Program-made: the position numbers and the translations under genes | Assembly: GCA_976551045.1 (NCBI GenBank) | Contig: CDPCPM010000076.1 | Span: 26,226,001 to 26,290,000 of the forward strand | Source of the DNA: Glaucostegus cemiculus | Taxonomy: Eukaryota | Direction of reading: 5' to 3' | DNA length: 64,000 nt | Notes under the pieces: generated by a model | Told to the model about the DNA's origin: nothing | The model's input: the letters and a program-made list of their open reading frames with translations, nothing else | Database searches by the model: none | Shown: piece after piece, positions 1 through 12,971 of the stretch | Position numbering within the stretch: the stretch's first letter is position 1 | Layout of the letters: each line of letters begins with the position of its first letter

Positions 1-1493
1 TCACAAAATGCAGATAGTCAGAGAGTGGTACTTTGCACCCCCATTCGTCCAATGTTGAATTCTTTGCGGAAGGAAATTAATAGAAATCACTGAACTGATG
101 TGAATTTCAATGTTTTGCAATGTGTTGTCACTGAAAAAAGTCTTGAAAAGGTTAAGTATTGTAAAATGAAGTGTAAATGAGTATTTAACACTCATAATTA
201 CTGCAAACAACTCTTTTTATCCTGAAAACCTGGGTTTATACTTGAGGAATATCAAATTTCTTCATACCACAATAACAATTGCATAGGTTTAAATGAGTAA
301 TAATATCTTTTAAACACTTACTTATAATTTGCCTGTATGTACCTAAATCCCAAACGTAGATCCCAATCTGAGAACACAATTCACAATATAAAATTTTGTG
401 AAGGTAAATGATGAAATTTGCTTGCGAATTCCTGGTTTGTTGTCTGAAAATTCTTCTCTGTGCTTGATCACTTCACTGCCCCTGGACTCAAGTGATCCCA
501 AAGCCGATGTCAGAATGAATTAACTTTGGGGAAAAATAAACCCCACACCTCAAAGACTGCAAGATCTTGTTACAGACAGCTTTTGGGGGGGCAACAGAGA
601 GTGTGTCACCACCAACTAGAAAATCTTGGATTTATATGCTATCTTCACTCATCTTGTCCTGAGTCTGCCTTCAAAAGCATCGGAAAGACACATGGCAGTG
701 AGGATGGGAATAAATGTGAAAGACATAGTTATTTAAGGTGATTATTGTTCTAACCACGGATTTTGTTTTCATACAGTTAGAATTGGCTGGAGCAAGTTTG
801 CTCTGACAGGTAGGGGACAAGGAAATTGTGAAGTGAATCATATTTCTGATTTTGGACAAAGTATCTGTGGCAGATCGAATTTGTAACAATGCAATCAGGT
901 AGAAGTGACCATTCAGAGGCAGGAGGAGCAAATCACATCTTGCTAAATGACATTCCCTTCTGCAGAGGCGAGCACTTAAGACATGCACCAATTGTGGTTC
1001 CTATGGTAGAGAATCCAGGTGTTGTTCCAGCAGGTGCAGTGATACAGCTTAAAGGAACACAGTTAGAATTTAGACACACAAGCCACTTTTCTTCTGCAGT
1101 TGGTTGCTTGTTTTTAATTTGCTAGAACAGCAGAAACAAGTGTTGTTGTAGATATAAGAACTATTTGCTTCCTATCCATTGACAAGTTTGCACAATTCCT
1201 ATCAAATTTTATCAGCAATTGATGAAATATCCATATTTTCTCCTTAATTGAAGAATGCCAAATCCTGCATCACCTTGAGTAGAACTGGCAAAAAGGTCAG
1301 CAGCAACTACATCACTCTGCTGAAAGGCATTTCAGGTGGGAGGAAGCGTCCAGTGGAGCAGTGGTGGGAGAGTGCAGGGAAGATTTTCTGACCAGGAATG
1401 TAAATGAAGATTATACAGGAATTAGAAGAATCACATAATACAAAGATTAATTAGCCACATGCTAGCACAAAGCAAGGCCGTCATATTAAAAAG

Positions 1494-1660
1494 AAACTGC
1501 TGGAGGGACTCAGCAGGTCAAAAGAAAAGCAGGTCAGATGAAGAGTCTTGATCCTCAACATCGACTGTACATTTCCCTCCACAGATGCTGCCTGACCCAC
1601 TGAGTTCCTCCAGCAGTTTGTTTTTTGCTCCATATTCCAGCACGTGCAGTCTCTTGTGTC
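1494..1660 (+). mobile_element. Fold-back (Penelope/retrozyme-like) short element with decayed hammerhead-like core
   Basis: Inverted arms at 1494-1520 (AAACTGCTGGAGGGACTCAGCAGGTCA) and 1593-1619 (TGACCCACTGAGTTCCTCCAGCAGTTT). The spacer contains CAGATGA-AGAGTCTTGATCC-TCAACATCGAC. Homologous to the copy at 63805-63977. Confidence 0.7.
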
Positions 1661-3499
1661 TCGAAGGCTGTAAAATTATTTGATTCAGAATTTTTGAAAC
1701 AGTCATGAAATAAATATTGCAGAAGAACAAAAGTGTTTATAGTAACCAAAAGCATTTTTTCTACATTGCTCTGTTGATATTTCTGAATACCACATTAAAT
1801 TGTTAGTGCCTTTAAGTACTTGGTGAGCTTAGTAAATGAAACAGAAGAATTTAACATCCACACAGTGACAGTGGCTACATTTATATTTCACTAAGACTTA
1901 TGCTGGGAGTGCAGGTTCTGAACAATCAGCCCTTACACATCCATATGCAACCTGAAAGTAAACTTGGTGAGATTTTCTGGCTGATTTTCCCTCTATAGAC
2001 TGAGGAATGAACTTTGGAGTTTTCTTTTCTGTTTGGCGCTGCAGCACACTGGGCAGGACAATGACCCAGTGAACTGCGGGGCAGCTGAGCAGATGTTTTT
2101 GCCAAATCAAGTTACCTAAGGAAAGTTTCAAAAGCAGTCACTTAAATAGTGAGTGTGTTATAAGATGTTGCTTCCAATGCCCACAATTCTCACATCTATA
2201 CTTTGCATTGAAAAGCTCTGTGCTGCAGCCCATTTAAAACATATAATTTTCTTTGAAAGTGTGGAATGTAATGCTTTCTCAGAAATTAGTTTGAAGAAAA
2301 AGCCTTCAATAGAATTTTAATTACATGTCCAGTCCTTGAAGAAAATAATTGAAGGCACAATCATACTTTTATATTCAAGCAAGTTTGTAATCAATTTCCT
2401 AATTGTTTATCCCTCCAACAATTTGTGCTTTAATATACTTTCACATTAAACACTCTATTAAAAAAAAATCTGGAAATGGCAAGTAAGTGGGAAATTAATT
2501 CAACAGTTTAATCTAGAGCTAATAACAGTTGCAACCTTGAAAAAGATGGTACAGCAGGGAGGTAATTAACAGTTTATTCCCATTTGATAAAAATAATCCA
2601 CTTTAATTCCATTGTAATTTCACCTCAAAATATGGAGCCACAGGCTGGTGCTGTGCTCTGCTATGATTAGCTGCTTATTGCCATCTTATTTACAGCAAGA
2701 GTTACTAATGCCTCATTGTTGAACTGGTTTTAAAATATAAACAGTTATCAATGTGGTTTATGGAAGAACTGGTAATGGGCAAAAAGATAGTCATAGTGGT
2801 GTAACAAAAAAAAAAACATGTCAATGGCAACTGTACCTTTCAAATGCCCTATTTATTGAAAACAGTTCACAAGGAATCACATTTCAATGGTTCCAATATG
2901 CCACATCACGTTTGTTTTGGAGTATATTTATATGCATTGTGCTCACCTGCTGGCTCTTTATGAATCATTTAGAGAAAGAAAAGAGGTGGATAAAAGTGGA
3001 ATAATGAACTTTTTTTTCCCTCAAAGTATAATGGTACAGCTACTTTATGAACACAGTATGGCTGTTGATGCTGGGTTTTCCATTATTATTTAAGATGCCA
3101 TAGAAGGGATGAGCACATTAGCTCTGTTCTTTGTTGGAAAAAAAATTAAATGGTTTAAAAAGGATCTTTTCTATATTGCCCCACTTTTTACTGCTTGGTT
3201 TCTCACAATGCAAGATTTAAAGGTATGATTACAGCTGGGGGCCATCTACAAACCCATTTCTTTTGTTCCATTTTCACAATAATTCTTGGTTGCTGTCCTC
3301 TGAAATACAAGAATGGTGAATCAGAAGGTTTCAAACCTTTGCTTTCCACAGACATGAATAATACAGGAAAGTGATATCTCGATGAGCAATGATTTATCCT
3401 TGGGAAACAGGCAGCAAAGCTCCCAAAAGGTCAAGATCATTACTGTTTTCGAAGTCCGTACAACTTCTCATTAACATCTCTATTACATAGTTTAACCAC

Positions 3500-3548
3500 T
3501 TGAATGCTAAACATTCATTAATATTTTGAATGCTAAACATTCATTAAT
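3500..3548. repeat. Tandem duplication of a 23-bp unit (period 26)
   Basis: TTGAATGCTAAACATTCATTAAT occurs at 3500-3522 and 3526-3548. Confidence 0.9.
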
Positions 3549-3609
3549 CCTCTAAATTCATTTCTCAATGTTTCGCAGATATTTGTCCTAAATTCTTAAT
3601 GCAGGGATT

Positions 3610-3755
3610 AAAAAACTAGGATGCTGGAAAGAAAAACAGAATATCCTGCAAAGCATCTGAAGGCCAGGTCTGTGATGAAGGACTCTTCACAAAACATTAA
3701 CATTTTTCTCTTCTGAATATTGAGTAATCTGTTGTACATTTTTCTTTTTCCTTGA
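3610..3755. mobile_element. Very degenerate copy of the fold-back element
   Basis: GATGCTGGAAAG...GCATCTG...GTGATGAAGGAC...AAAACATTAAC...TTTCTCTTC follows the motif order of the better-preserved copies. Confidence 0.4.
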
Positions 3756-3857
3756 ATTGTGGAAGCAATTGATGTACTTCTGGTCCTCATATATTGTACC
3801 AGTCTGTTCTGTACAAACAGGAGTGAATTGTTTCAGACTTAAGTTATTTTTTAAAAC

Positions 3858-4210
3858 AGAAGAACATACGAAATAGGAACAGGACTAGGCCATCTGCTCT
3901 ACCATTCGCCAAAATCATGACTGATTTTCTACCTCAGTGATACCTTTCATCGGTATCTCCATACCCCTTAAATGTCTGAAAATCAATCTATCTCTATTTT
4001 GAACGGACTTAATGACTGAGCCTTCACGGCCCTCTGGGTTAGTGAATTCCAAACGTTTATCACCCTCTCAGTGAAGAAATTTCTCCTTACCTCAGTCCTA
4101 AATTACCTACTACTCCCTAAATCTCAAACTGTGACCCCTATCCCAGGCTGCTCAGTCAAGGGAAGCATTCTCCCTGCATCAAGCCTGTCAAACCCTTTAA
4201 GAATCTTTAC
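3858..4210 (-). mobile_element. CR1-type LINE 3' fragment
   Basis: Begins GAACATACGAAATAGGAACAGGACTAGGCC, an inverted CR1 tail. GAATTCCAAACGTTTATCACCCTCTCAGTGAAGAAAT is the reverse of the FFTERVINVWNSL motif at the CR1 ORF2 C-terminus. Confidence 0.8.
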
Positions 4211-4239
4211 ATACTTGTCATCTCTGGGTCAGGGACACA

Positions 4240-4570
4240 TAGGTTTGAGTTTCACATAAGAGTTTGAGCATACAGTATTACCTAGTGGAGTACTGAAATT
4301 GTGTTCATTTGTGACAATTTAACGGACATGTTAAACTTTCTTCCACTGGTTCAGGTGGATGGTGGAATTCTACCATCTTCCATGACCAGTATTGTGCCCA
4401 CAACAATATCACCAATAATAAAGGTTTGACAGGTGAATTACCTCATGTTGCTTGTGGAGGATTGCTTTGCACAGAATGGTTACCATATTTCCAAATGTAA
4501 TAGCTACCAGATTTCATAAAACGGCTCTATGTGCTTTGCTTTATCAGAAAAAGTGTATAAATATAAATCA
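4240..4570 (+). mobile_element. Degenerate Deu-SINE (SacSINE1/AmnSINE1-like)
   Basis: Motif order TTCAGGTGGATG ... CAACAATATCACCAA ... TTGCTTGTGGAGGATTGCTTTGCACAGAATGGTTACCATATTTCC ... TATAAATATAAA resembles the recalled Deu-SINE consensus and the copy at 61075-61480. Confidence 0.5.
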
Positions 4571-7500
4571 GTAACTGTGAGTCATCATGGTGATTTGAAT
4601 GTACTGGAGCAAGAAGTTGTACCAGAAAGTTTTCAGTCAACTCAGTAACACACAGGATGGTATCAACCTGCAGGGGCATGGGTGTAAAACATCACTGGAG
4701 CTGCCAGCACCAGCAGGTATAATATTTTGGCAGGCTTGTTTCATTGTTATTATTACTCATTGAGAAAATGGACCAAGTTTTTATATTTATTTATTAAAGG
4801 CATAACAAATGGAGCAGAGGGTTTAATAGTTGTCTGTGAAATACAAACATAGATGTGTCTCAGATTTGCTAATGCAATACAATTGAACCCACTGTTTCCA
4901 TGGAACAGTAGATCAATGATAGGCAGGCAGGAATTTGGTGAGCTGCAAGTGAAGCTGGGTGACTTCTGAAGCCCTTTGAACAATGTTAAATTGAGGTTTT
5001 CCATGATAAGAGTGGAGACACTGAGCAGCACTAGATCACGGCCCATTCCAAATTGTCATGGAGCAGCTCTGCACCAAAACAGACTCCCCAACTCATGCTT
5101 CACCCCCTGAGACTGAATGGGCAGTTGTCAACCATGCTTAGTGAATGATACCATCCCAATTTGCTCATTCCTGTATAAATGCAGAGGTTTGCAACAGTAG
5201 CAGGTCTGCCTGGGGGCATATCGGTGGCTACCTACAGAATGTCCAGTTCAGATGGAGGGAATTTAAATTTTCCTTGAACTTCACATATTATGTTGCAGAA
5301 TCTGCTGCCTTGACAAATGTTCCACTAAAAAAAAGGCAGCAGAGTCTCAGCTATTGTGTGAATTAGCAAATACCTTTCTTATTTTAACTTTAACTAATAA
5401 TCTTATCATTAATTTTAACTAATAATCTTAGATGTTATTTTATAATAACATCTAAAGTGTATAAATATCTTTAAATTTTTTGAAACCAAAATCTATATTG
5501 ATAACATCTAGAAATTCATCCCTTGTCAATTATGCTAAATGTGCTAGGTAATTGTGCCAGCACATTGTACTCTCTCTCTGAAATTCATTCCATTTGAAAT
5601 CAATGGAATGAATTTTGGAAGCAGGATACATTGCACTGATATGACTTAGTACCACCAATTGGGGATGAATTTCTAGATAACAATTATTTGCTTTAAAAGG
5701 CAAATGAGAAATGCCAATATATAGAAACAACTATAGGTGGTGCATTTGTATTCGAATGAAGAACCATGAAAGCAAATTTCTAATTGCTGCAAGTAGATTT
5801 ATGTTAATACTAAACTAACAATGAAAACCAGTTTTAGTCCTCAGGGATTTTATTTTCTTTGTGTGCTTTTGTATGACACCATTTAGTGCATTTTGGATGG
5901 AATTCTTGTTTGTATTAACACTATTGTTAGCCTGTTTAAAGTAAATAGATTAATAAAGTTAGTATAAATATGTTAACTTCCCAGCTAAGTATAATGGATA
6001 GAGGAAACAAAACCTTCACTGATGTACTTGTACACTTTTAAGAAAACTACATATAAAGGACAAGGTTCTAAAGGAAGCTAGAGAAAGTTGTGATTTGCAG
6101 ATTTCAAGGAGAGATTATTCACTTAAACTGATTTCCTCATTTGCATTATTATTATATTTGAAAGTAAATGCGTGAGCTCAACTTTTTGAAAAAATAATGG
6201 CCAATGATTGTGACAACTGTTTTGTCCAAGAAGAAGTGTAACACTGTCTCTAACACTAAAATTTGAGAACATTTGGCTAAGGTGGAAAGCAAGATTTATA
6301 CTCCTTTGCATGGTAAGTGATTCTCTTTCATCTTCAGTGTTCCAGTTTCTCTGAGTACGACCTTTACAAAACATCTATTAATTTTACTTTTTGATCTTGG
6401 CCCTTTGAAAAGGTTTTGTTTAAAAATTCTCACAGAGACAATCATACTATTGTGCATTATGCAGCTGGAGATTGTGAGTAAATAGGACTCCTTGATATAT
6501 GTGATGGAACACTGGTGTAATTGTACAACATTTTTTTGTCAGTGACAAGAATTAAAAAGAACCTTTCTTTCAGGGTTTATTAACTGGAAAAAATGCCTCA
6601 GGTCAATGGAACCATGTTAACTACCAGCCTTCTGACTGGTTTTGCCTCTTTGATGAAAAGGCTGTGTAAAGTGATATGTAAGGATAAGAAAAATAAATAC
6701 AGCTTCAATAAGGCACAGTTATTGTAATTAATCAGGTATAGAGAACTGTAATCTAAAGTCATTACAAGTTCACAGTTGATAGAAGTATATAACTGATAAC
6801 TATTAAAGGCAATTTTTGTTTTGGAGACCAACTTATTAAGGATTAGTCTATTGATTATTCTATTTTATCTGACGTTGGTGGATACAATAGCAGCTTGATA
6901 CCAATTGTAGAGAGTCAATGGACATTCAACCATGGTCAGAAAGAGATGGGAACAAGCAACATCAAACATCAACTTGCTCCTTTTAATAGTTTTTAAAGTT
7001 TGAAGGATAATGAAAGCTCTTGGCCATGGCCATTGAGCTAGCACTTTCATCAAAACATTATTCATTCTCAATTTACCAACAAATTAGCAGTTCTTGATGG
7101 ATGTAGGAGATGGGTAACGTACTAACTTGGCATTACAATTCTGAAAAATTACCAATGCAAAATATCTACAATTAGATAACAAAAATAATAAACATTCATG
7201 AATGTGACAAATTCATTTATTCCATTAAAGTTCACCACTCTCGAATTCTGAATATTCCATTATGGTATTAGTCTGTTTTCTGAAACTCCCATGTGCTTTC
7301 CTCTTAGCTAATGTACCTGAAATGATTCCAGACATTTCACACTGAGTTTTTCTAATATGTTCTAATTTACATTTTACGTTAAATTTTCTGTGCTTTGGCC
7401 TGTTTCCCTCCCTTCATGCAAGGCAACACTGTGGGGTTAACTACATTATTTTACTACTTTACTACATCTTGAGGAAATTCCATCTTAAGTTTTTATTCAA

Positions 7501-8619
7501 TTTTGCCTATTAGTCCTAATCTCTCCCTGTAAAGTTGGGATCAGTGTCTCCAGTGACCAGAATGACATGCAGTATTTTAAACTTGATCATTGTATTAGTA
7601 AATCCTATTTATTTCACTTGTTGTATTGACAATTTTATTTGCTTTGAAAAATTAGCTAGGCATTAATTACACGGTTTGCCATATTTTCAACTGCTTTACA
7701 TTTTTCAATATGAATTTAAATATGAATTGCCATTTATGTGCCTAATAGTACAATCAATAGTAATCATTGTATAGCTGTGGTTTGGCCGTCACGAAGTCAT
7801 CAACTTCAGTTAGCACATTCAGCAAGATCACATTTGCTGCTTTACATTAGACTGTGCAGATTAGAAATAACAGGTTACAAATACTGCAAATGTCATTGAT
7901 TCCCAATAAGGCTAGCAACACCTTTCACAAATTATTTAATCTCTTATTTTATCTTGGGTGTTATTAGGATTTCCTGTGAAGCCTTGCCAAAGCTTCCTGA
8001 AATTCTAAAACAAAAATATGGGATGTTCTGTTGTTTTACGTGTTATATTCTCAGAAGTCCAAGTTTGTCAGGGTTGATTTTTTTCTTTTCTAGATCTAGA
8101 TGCCTGTTCTACATTAAAGAATCACCATTAAGATACTGTGCCTGCCTGCCACTGGATTCACATACAATTATTTTGCCTGTAATTGATGGTAGACATTGTT
8201 CTTTGGCTGTTGTAGTCATTCTTGTTCTTTATTATTTGCACAAACACCCTGATTTTAACTCATTGTTTGACAGAGAACAATGCCCAGGTTACCCTTCTGG
8301 TGGAGACTCCTTGGTTCCTGACATTCCCAATTTTTAGTGATGATTCAGATGACACCTGACTAATTTGCTTGTGAAGAGCCATTTTGATAGTAATCAGGAT
8401 AATAAGCTAAATCAGGGTTTGATGATATCATAGGACTCCAACAATATTGGCCAGATCAGTGTATAGCATGTTAGTATATTTATAATCAGCATACAATGTA
8501 CAGACAAGTAGGAAACTAACTAAACTGACAGTCTCCTATAGAAAGCCCATTGGCAGTCGAAATCCCCCTTCTGATTTGGTTTCATTCCACTCTGTGAAAC
8601 CAAACCAATGCGCAATGAA

Positions 8620-9090
8620 AATAAAAACAAAAGCACTGTCGATGCTGGAATCTAAAATATAACATAAAATGTGGGAAATGCGCGGCAGATCAGGCTGCAT
8701 CTGTGAGAAGAGAAAACAAATAATGTTTCAGCTCAAAGACCCTTTATCAGAACTGGCACGGAGACAGAAGAAGTTTGTTAAACTGCAGTGAGTGTGTGAG
8801 AAGGGAGATATCTCTGGTAGGGCAAAACTGGGGTGACCATGGGGAGTAAATTGTAAACAAAATTACCTGATCAATAAATGAATGGGAGCAGTTACAGAGT
8901 GAGGAGACAGATAAAAGAACATCGACAGAAGAATATGGGAATTGCCAAATACAGAGCAGGAAGACATGCCCAACAGATCAGGCTGGGCATGTCCTCCACT
9001 CCCAGAGGGAGAGAAGAAACATACAAACAAGCTGAGCTAATATCACAGATGGATGACTGACACAGAGAAATCAAGTTGCCTGAAGTTGCA
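8620..9090 (-). mobile_element. Penelope-type terminal fragment with hammerhead-like core
   Basis: 8620-8757 is the reverse of the fold-back arm. The minus strand reads CTGATAA-AGGGTCTTTGAGCT-GAAAC-ATTA. A purine-rich stretch follows, as in the 24505-25110 copy. The right boundary is uncertain. Confidence 0.55.
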
Positions 9091-10134
9091 CAATGAATTC
9101 TTCATTATACAACCAATGTTCCAAACATGTTCTTCCCTTCTAGTTTTTTCTGATTCTAGGAAGTAAACTATTTGCTCCAAAAAATAGTTAAATTTACCAA
9201 ATTGGCAACTGATGCAGTGTTATGATACTGAGTTCACTTGCAGTTATGTACTAAGAAATCAATGATTAATTGTAAAAGTGAAATCTATTTTCTGATCATT
9301 TGTGGGAAATGAATTTAATTTGTTGAAAATTTCCACCAATTCACATATACGTAGTAGCTCCAATGGTCAAGTGGCTTCAGTTCCAGAGTATGATTGACTC
9401 CTAATACTCTCAATGTATCTAACAAGGCACAACATACACTGTCTTTTGAGTCTTGTCCACATCCCATGAACAGATGTGAAAAACAAGTTGATTTATCATA
9501 CCAACACAGATTTGGAAATCCTGTGGGAATTTCATTGCATGACAAATACACACATTTGTGAAAATCTTCAGGAGACATTTAATTATTTTAAATTCTTTGG
9601 ATTCAGAACCATTTTTACTATCCAGTTATAATTCAGTGCAGTCAATTAAATGTAAGGTCATACTGATCACAGAAAACTTACTGATCCAAACTTTTATGCT
9701 AAGTAAAAATGCTTTTAAACCCCAAAGAGATTATAATGTATTTTTAAACTTGTTTCTGAAGTGAGTGATATATGAGTAGTTTTCATTGCACACTAACAGC
9801 CCACATAAACCTCATGTATGTAAAAGTTCATGAGAGAAGAACTTGTCTCTTCTGGATCATTTTTGAGATTGCATAATTCTTTTTCAATTATGTTTAATTT
9901 GAATATTGTATAACAGTGAACTTCTGATTTTATTTCTTTATGGAAACCTATGTATATTGAAAATAACATAACCAATTGGCCTTGTATCTTTAGCTCTTGG
10001 CAAAGTCTACTAGTAGTCAATGTGTAACTCCCAGCTTTGAATTTCCTTCCATTAATTTCAGCAGTGGAATAGCTACATTTAAAATCAAAACCTGTTTATT
10101 CGTAATGGAGTGGTTGAGTTTCTTGAGAGTACAA

Positions 10135-10652
10135 TTTCAGTTCTGGTCACCCCACTGCAGTAAGGATGTGGAGGCTTTGGAGAAGGTGCAGAGGAGGTTC
10201 ACCAGGATTCTGCCTGGATTCGAGGGCATGTGCTATAAGGAGAGATTGGATAGAATTTGATTTTTTGAAATGTCAGAGGCTGAGGAGTGACCTGATAGAA
10301 GTTTATAAAATTATGAGAGGCAAAAGTAGGGTAGACAGTCAGATTCTCTTTCCTAAGGTATGTGTGTCAAGTACTAGAGGGTATAGCTTTAAGGTGGGAG
10401 GGGGAAAGTTTAAGGGAGATGTGCAGGGAAAGTTTTTTACACAGAGAGTGGTAGTTGCCTGGAACGTGCTGGTAGGGCTGGTGGGGGAAGCAGACACAAT
10501 ACTTGTGTTTAAGAGGCATTTAGACGGACATGTGAACATGAAGAGAATGGAGAGATATGGACCATGTGCAGGCAGATGGGATTTGGCATCATGGTTGGCA
10601 CAGACATCATGGGCCGAAGGTTCTGTTACTATGCTATACTGTTCTATCTTCT
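10135..10652 (+). mobile_element. CR1 (HER1-like) LINE 3' fragment, frameshifted ORF2 end plus 3' UTR
   Basis: Translations QFWSPHCSKDVEALEKVQRRFTRILPG and RLRSDLIEVYKIMRG...FFTQRVVVAWNVL are hallmark CR1 ORF2 C-terminal motifs. The tail is GGGCCGAAGG...TGTTCTAT. Confidence 0.93.
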
Positions 10653-10962
10653 ACAATAAGTGCCAAAGCTAGTTCACAGGTGGGGATGGGGTGGTGGGGG
10701 AGGAGATACACTACACATCATTGCACAGCAGGGATGTGGTGAGTTGTTCGAGCTTACCCATGACAGTCAATTATGTTGCTGAGATCCTGTTGTCACTTTA
10801 AATCTTACTGAGAGTTACCAGGTGGTGAAACATTTCCACACTTAATTGTACAGATGAGCTTGGATCTTACTGCTCAGAGGCAGGGGTGCCTGCATGAGAG
10901 AGTCAGCCTCATGGATGTGGAGCCAAACGTGGGGATGTGGGGAACATTGTGTGTGACCGTGG

Positions 10963-11788
10963 TGTTACGAAACCAGCAACAAAAGAAGCACACCAATTCA
11001 TACTTCAGTGTTAAAACTACTTTATTAATAACTACATCTGATAATACGTAAAATAAGAATAAAAAGTTAGTATATTAGTAGACAATAAAATACTAGAATC
11101 TTAAACTTTAACCCCAAAACTACTCGTCGTGTGTGTGGGTCGAATTCCTAAACTCAAAGTCCAGGAATTAGTTCTTAAAGTTCAGTTCAATAAGCCGTAA
11201 GATGAAACACGAATAAAGGCTTCTTCACAAGCACCGTCCACCGAAGACAAAACATAGATATGGAGAGAGATTAGAGAGGAATCACGAAATCCGAATGTTC
11301 CACTCGAAACTCAGATGACACTTCAGGGCTAACTCGGTAGTGACTTTCTCACCCCGAAAACTCCTGGATCGTGACTGTCCATGCAAATACCTGTGTTCTT
11401 CTACAGGTTAGCAGCAAAGTGAATTCCGTCACTTTGTTCCACAATATCTGCGACTCTGAAGAGTATCCAAAATGTGGTTGTCCACGCAAACACCTGTGTC
11501 CTTCTACAGGTTACCGACAAAGTGAACTCCACTGGACTACTCCAGAAATGCATCCACGGATTTTAGTGACAAACACAGTTACTGTCCTTCATCCATTGAC
11601 AGAAACAAAACAGGCTGCCATCTCTCCTTCTTCTCTCTCTCCGTCTGTTTGTCTCTCTCTCTCTCCTTTTTCTTTCTTGTAATGACCTCATCACATTAGT
11701 CTTATCTTCTGTTGACGTAATATGTTGCACACACACACAATGTCCCATCTTAAAGGGGTATTTGCCTATAGTAAGCTACTTCGTAACA
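10963..11788 (-). mobile_element. Solo LTR (826 bp; Gypsy/ERV-like)
   Basis: Termini TGTTACGAA...TTCGTAACA form a perfect 9-bp inverted repeat with TG...CA ends. A GTGG 4-bp target-site duplication lies at 10959-10962 and 11789-11792. AATAAA occurs on the minus strand near 11020. CpG is more frequent than in the flanks. Confidence 0.85.
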
Positions 11789-12971
11789 GTGGGCATTGGC
11801 TACGGTCAGGAGAATCTGGGCTGTCATCCTAGGATGACTTTTTCGGTAAGCAGTGTCTGATGAAGCAATAAGATTTTTGCACAAAATAGGTCCATGTCTC
11901 TCTTGGAGGAAAGGAAGAAACTGGACACAGCCAAACCAGGCTGCAGGTCAATGAAGCAACTGTTTCCCCAGCCAGAGACAGGTGCAGTGTAGGGCTGCTT
12001 TTGAATAAAGCTGGGTACAGCAGACAGCAATGCGACTCACTGGACTGTAGGTTGTCCTAACCATCAGACCTACTGGTAAGCTGGAAGGCACTGAACATGG
12101 TTGGCAGGGGTTGTGTGCTTTACAGCACACAAGACACAGACCTATTCCTCCCAGAAATGTGGCCATATTAGTCACAATATTGGCTGCTCAACATCTGGTT
12201 CAACCTGAACTGCACAAAGTACACACATCTGCACAAAATGTTTCCATCAGGGTCCTTCAGGCAGGCTCAGATCTGTATACGATATGTAGCACACTTAAGG
12301 GCTGCCTCCAATAAGGTGTCCACTTAACTTGCCAGCAAAGTCGTCGAAGGATAAGGTCACCACATGGAATTTACACCCTCAGTGGCCATTGTTTCTGTCT
12401 TAGAAAATGGAAACGGCAAAGTAGATTTCTTCCCTAAAATTCTATTAATACATTACTGATGTCATTTTAAACATTGTCTGTATTTCCTGCCAGAAACAAG
12501 GACAGTGGAGGAACTTCCCAATTATAATGCAGCTCTCAGATAGTCAGAACTGCCAGTCCATGCTTAAAGTAACAACAAGCAGAAGTCTTTGGACAGAAGT
12601 CTAATAAAAAAGACATTCCCGTGTAGTTTATCTTCCGAATGCCTTCAGAGAGCTCGAATATCCATGTGACAATATCAGTTTTACTTTGTTTAACTCTCTT
12701 TGCCGGGGGTGGGGCGGTGTCGTTGCTATGTTCAAGTGTCCACGTAAGTGAAATAAAAACAGAAATAGCTGGCAGTATTTAGCAAGTTAGTTGGAAATAG
12801 AGGAGAAAAACACCGGCTGGGATGATGCCAAGTGGGTCTTGCCATCTGCACCCACTGCTCTGAGCTGGGTTCCATGAGGATGCGTTTATTGGCTGAGCAC
12901 ATCCTGAATCCGATCAGGAAATGTTTTCCGAGTATTTCCTCTTGTGTAGCACCCACACAACCCTAATACAA

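Noticed and set aside
10166-10672. 168-aa ORF as a host gene
   Set aside because: It is a frameshifted CR1 ORF2 C-terminus running into the 3' UTR.
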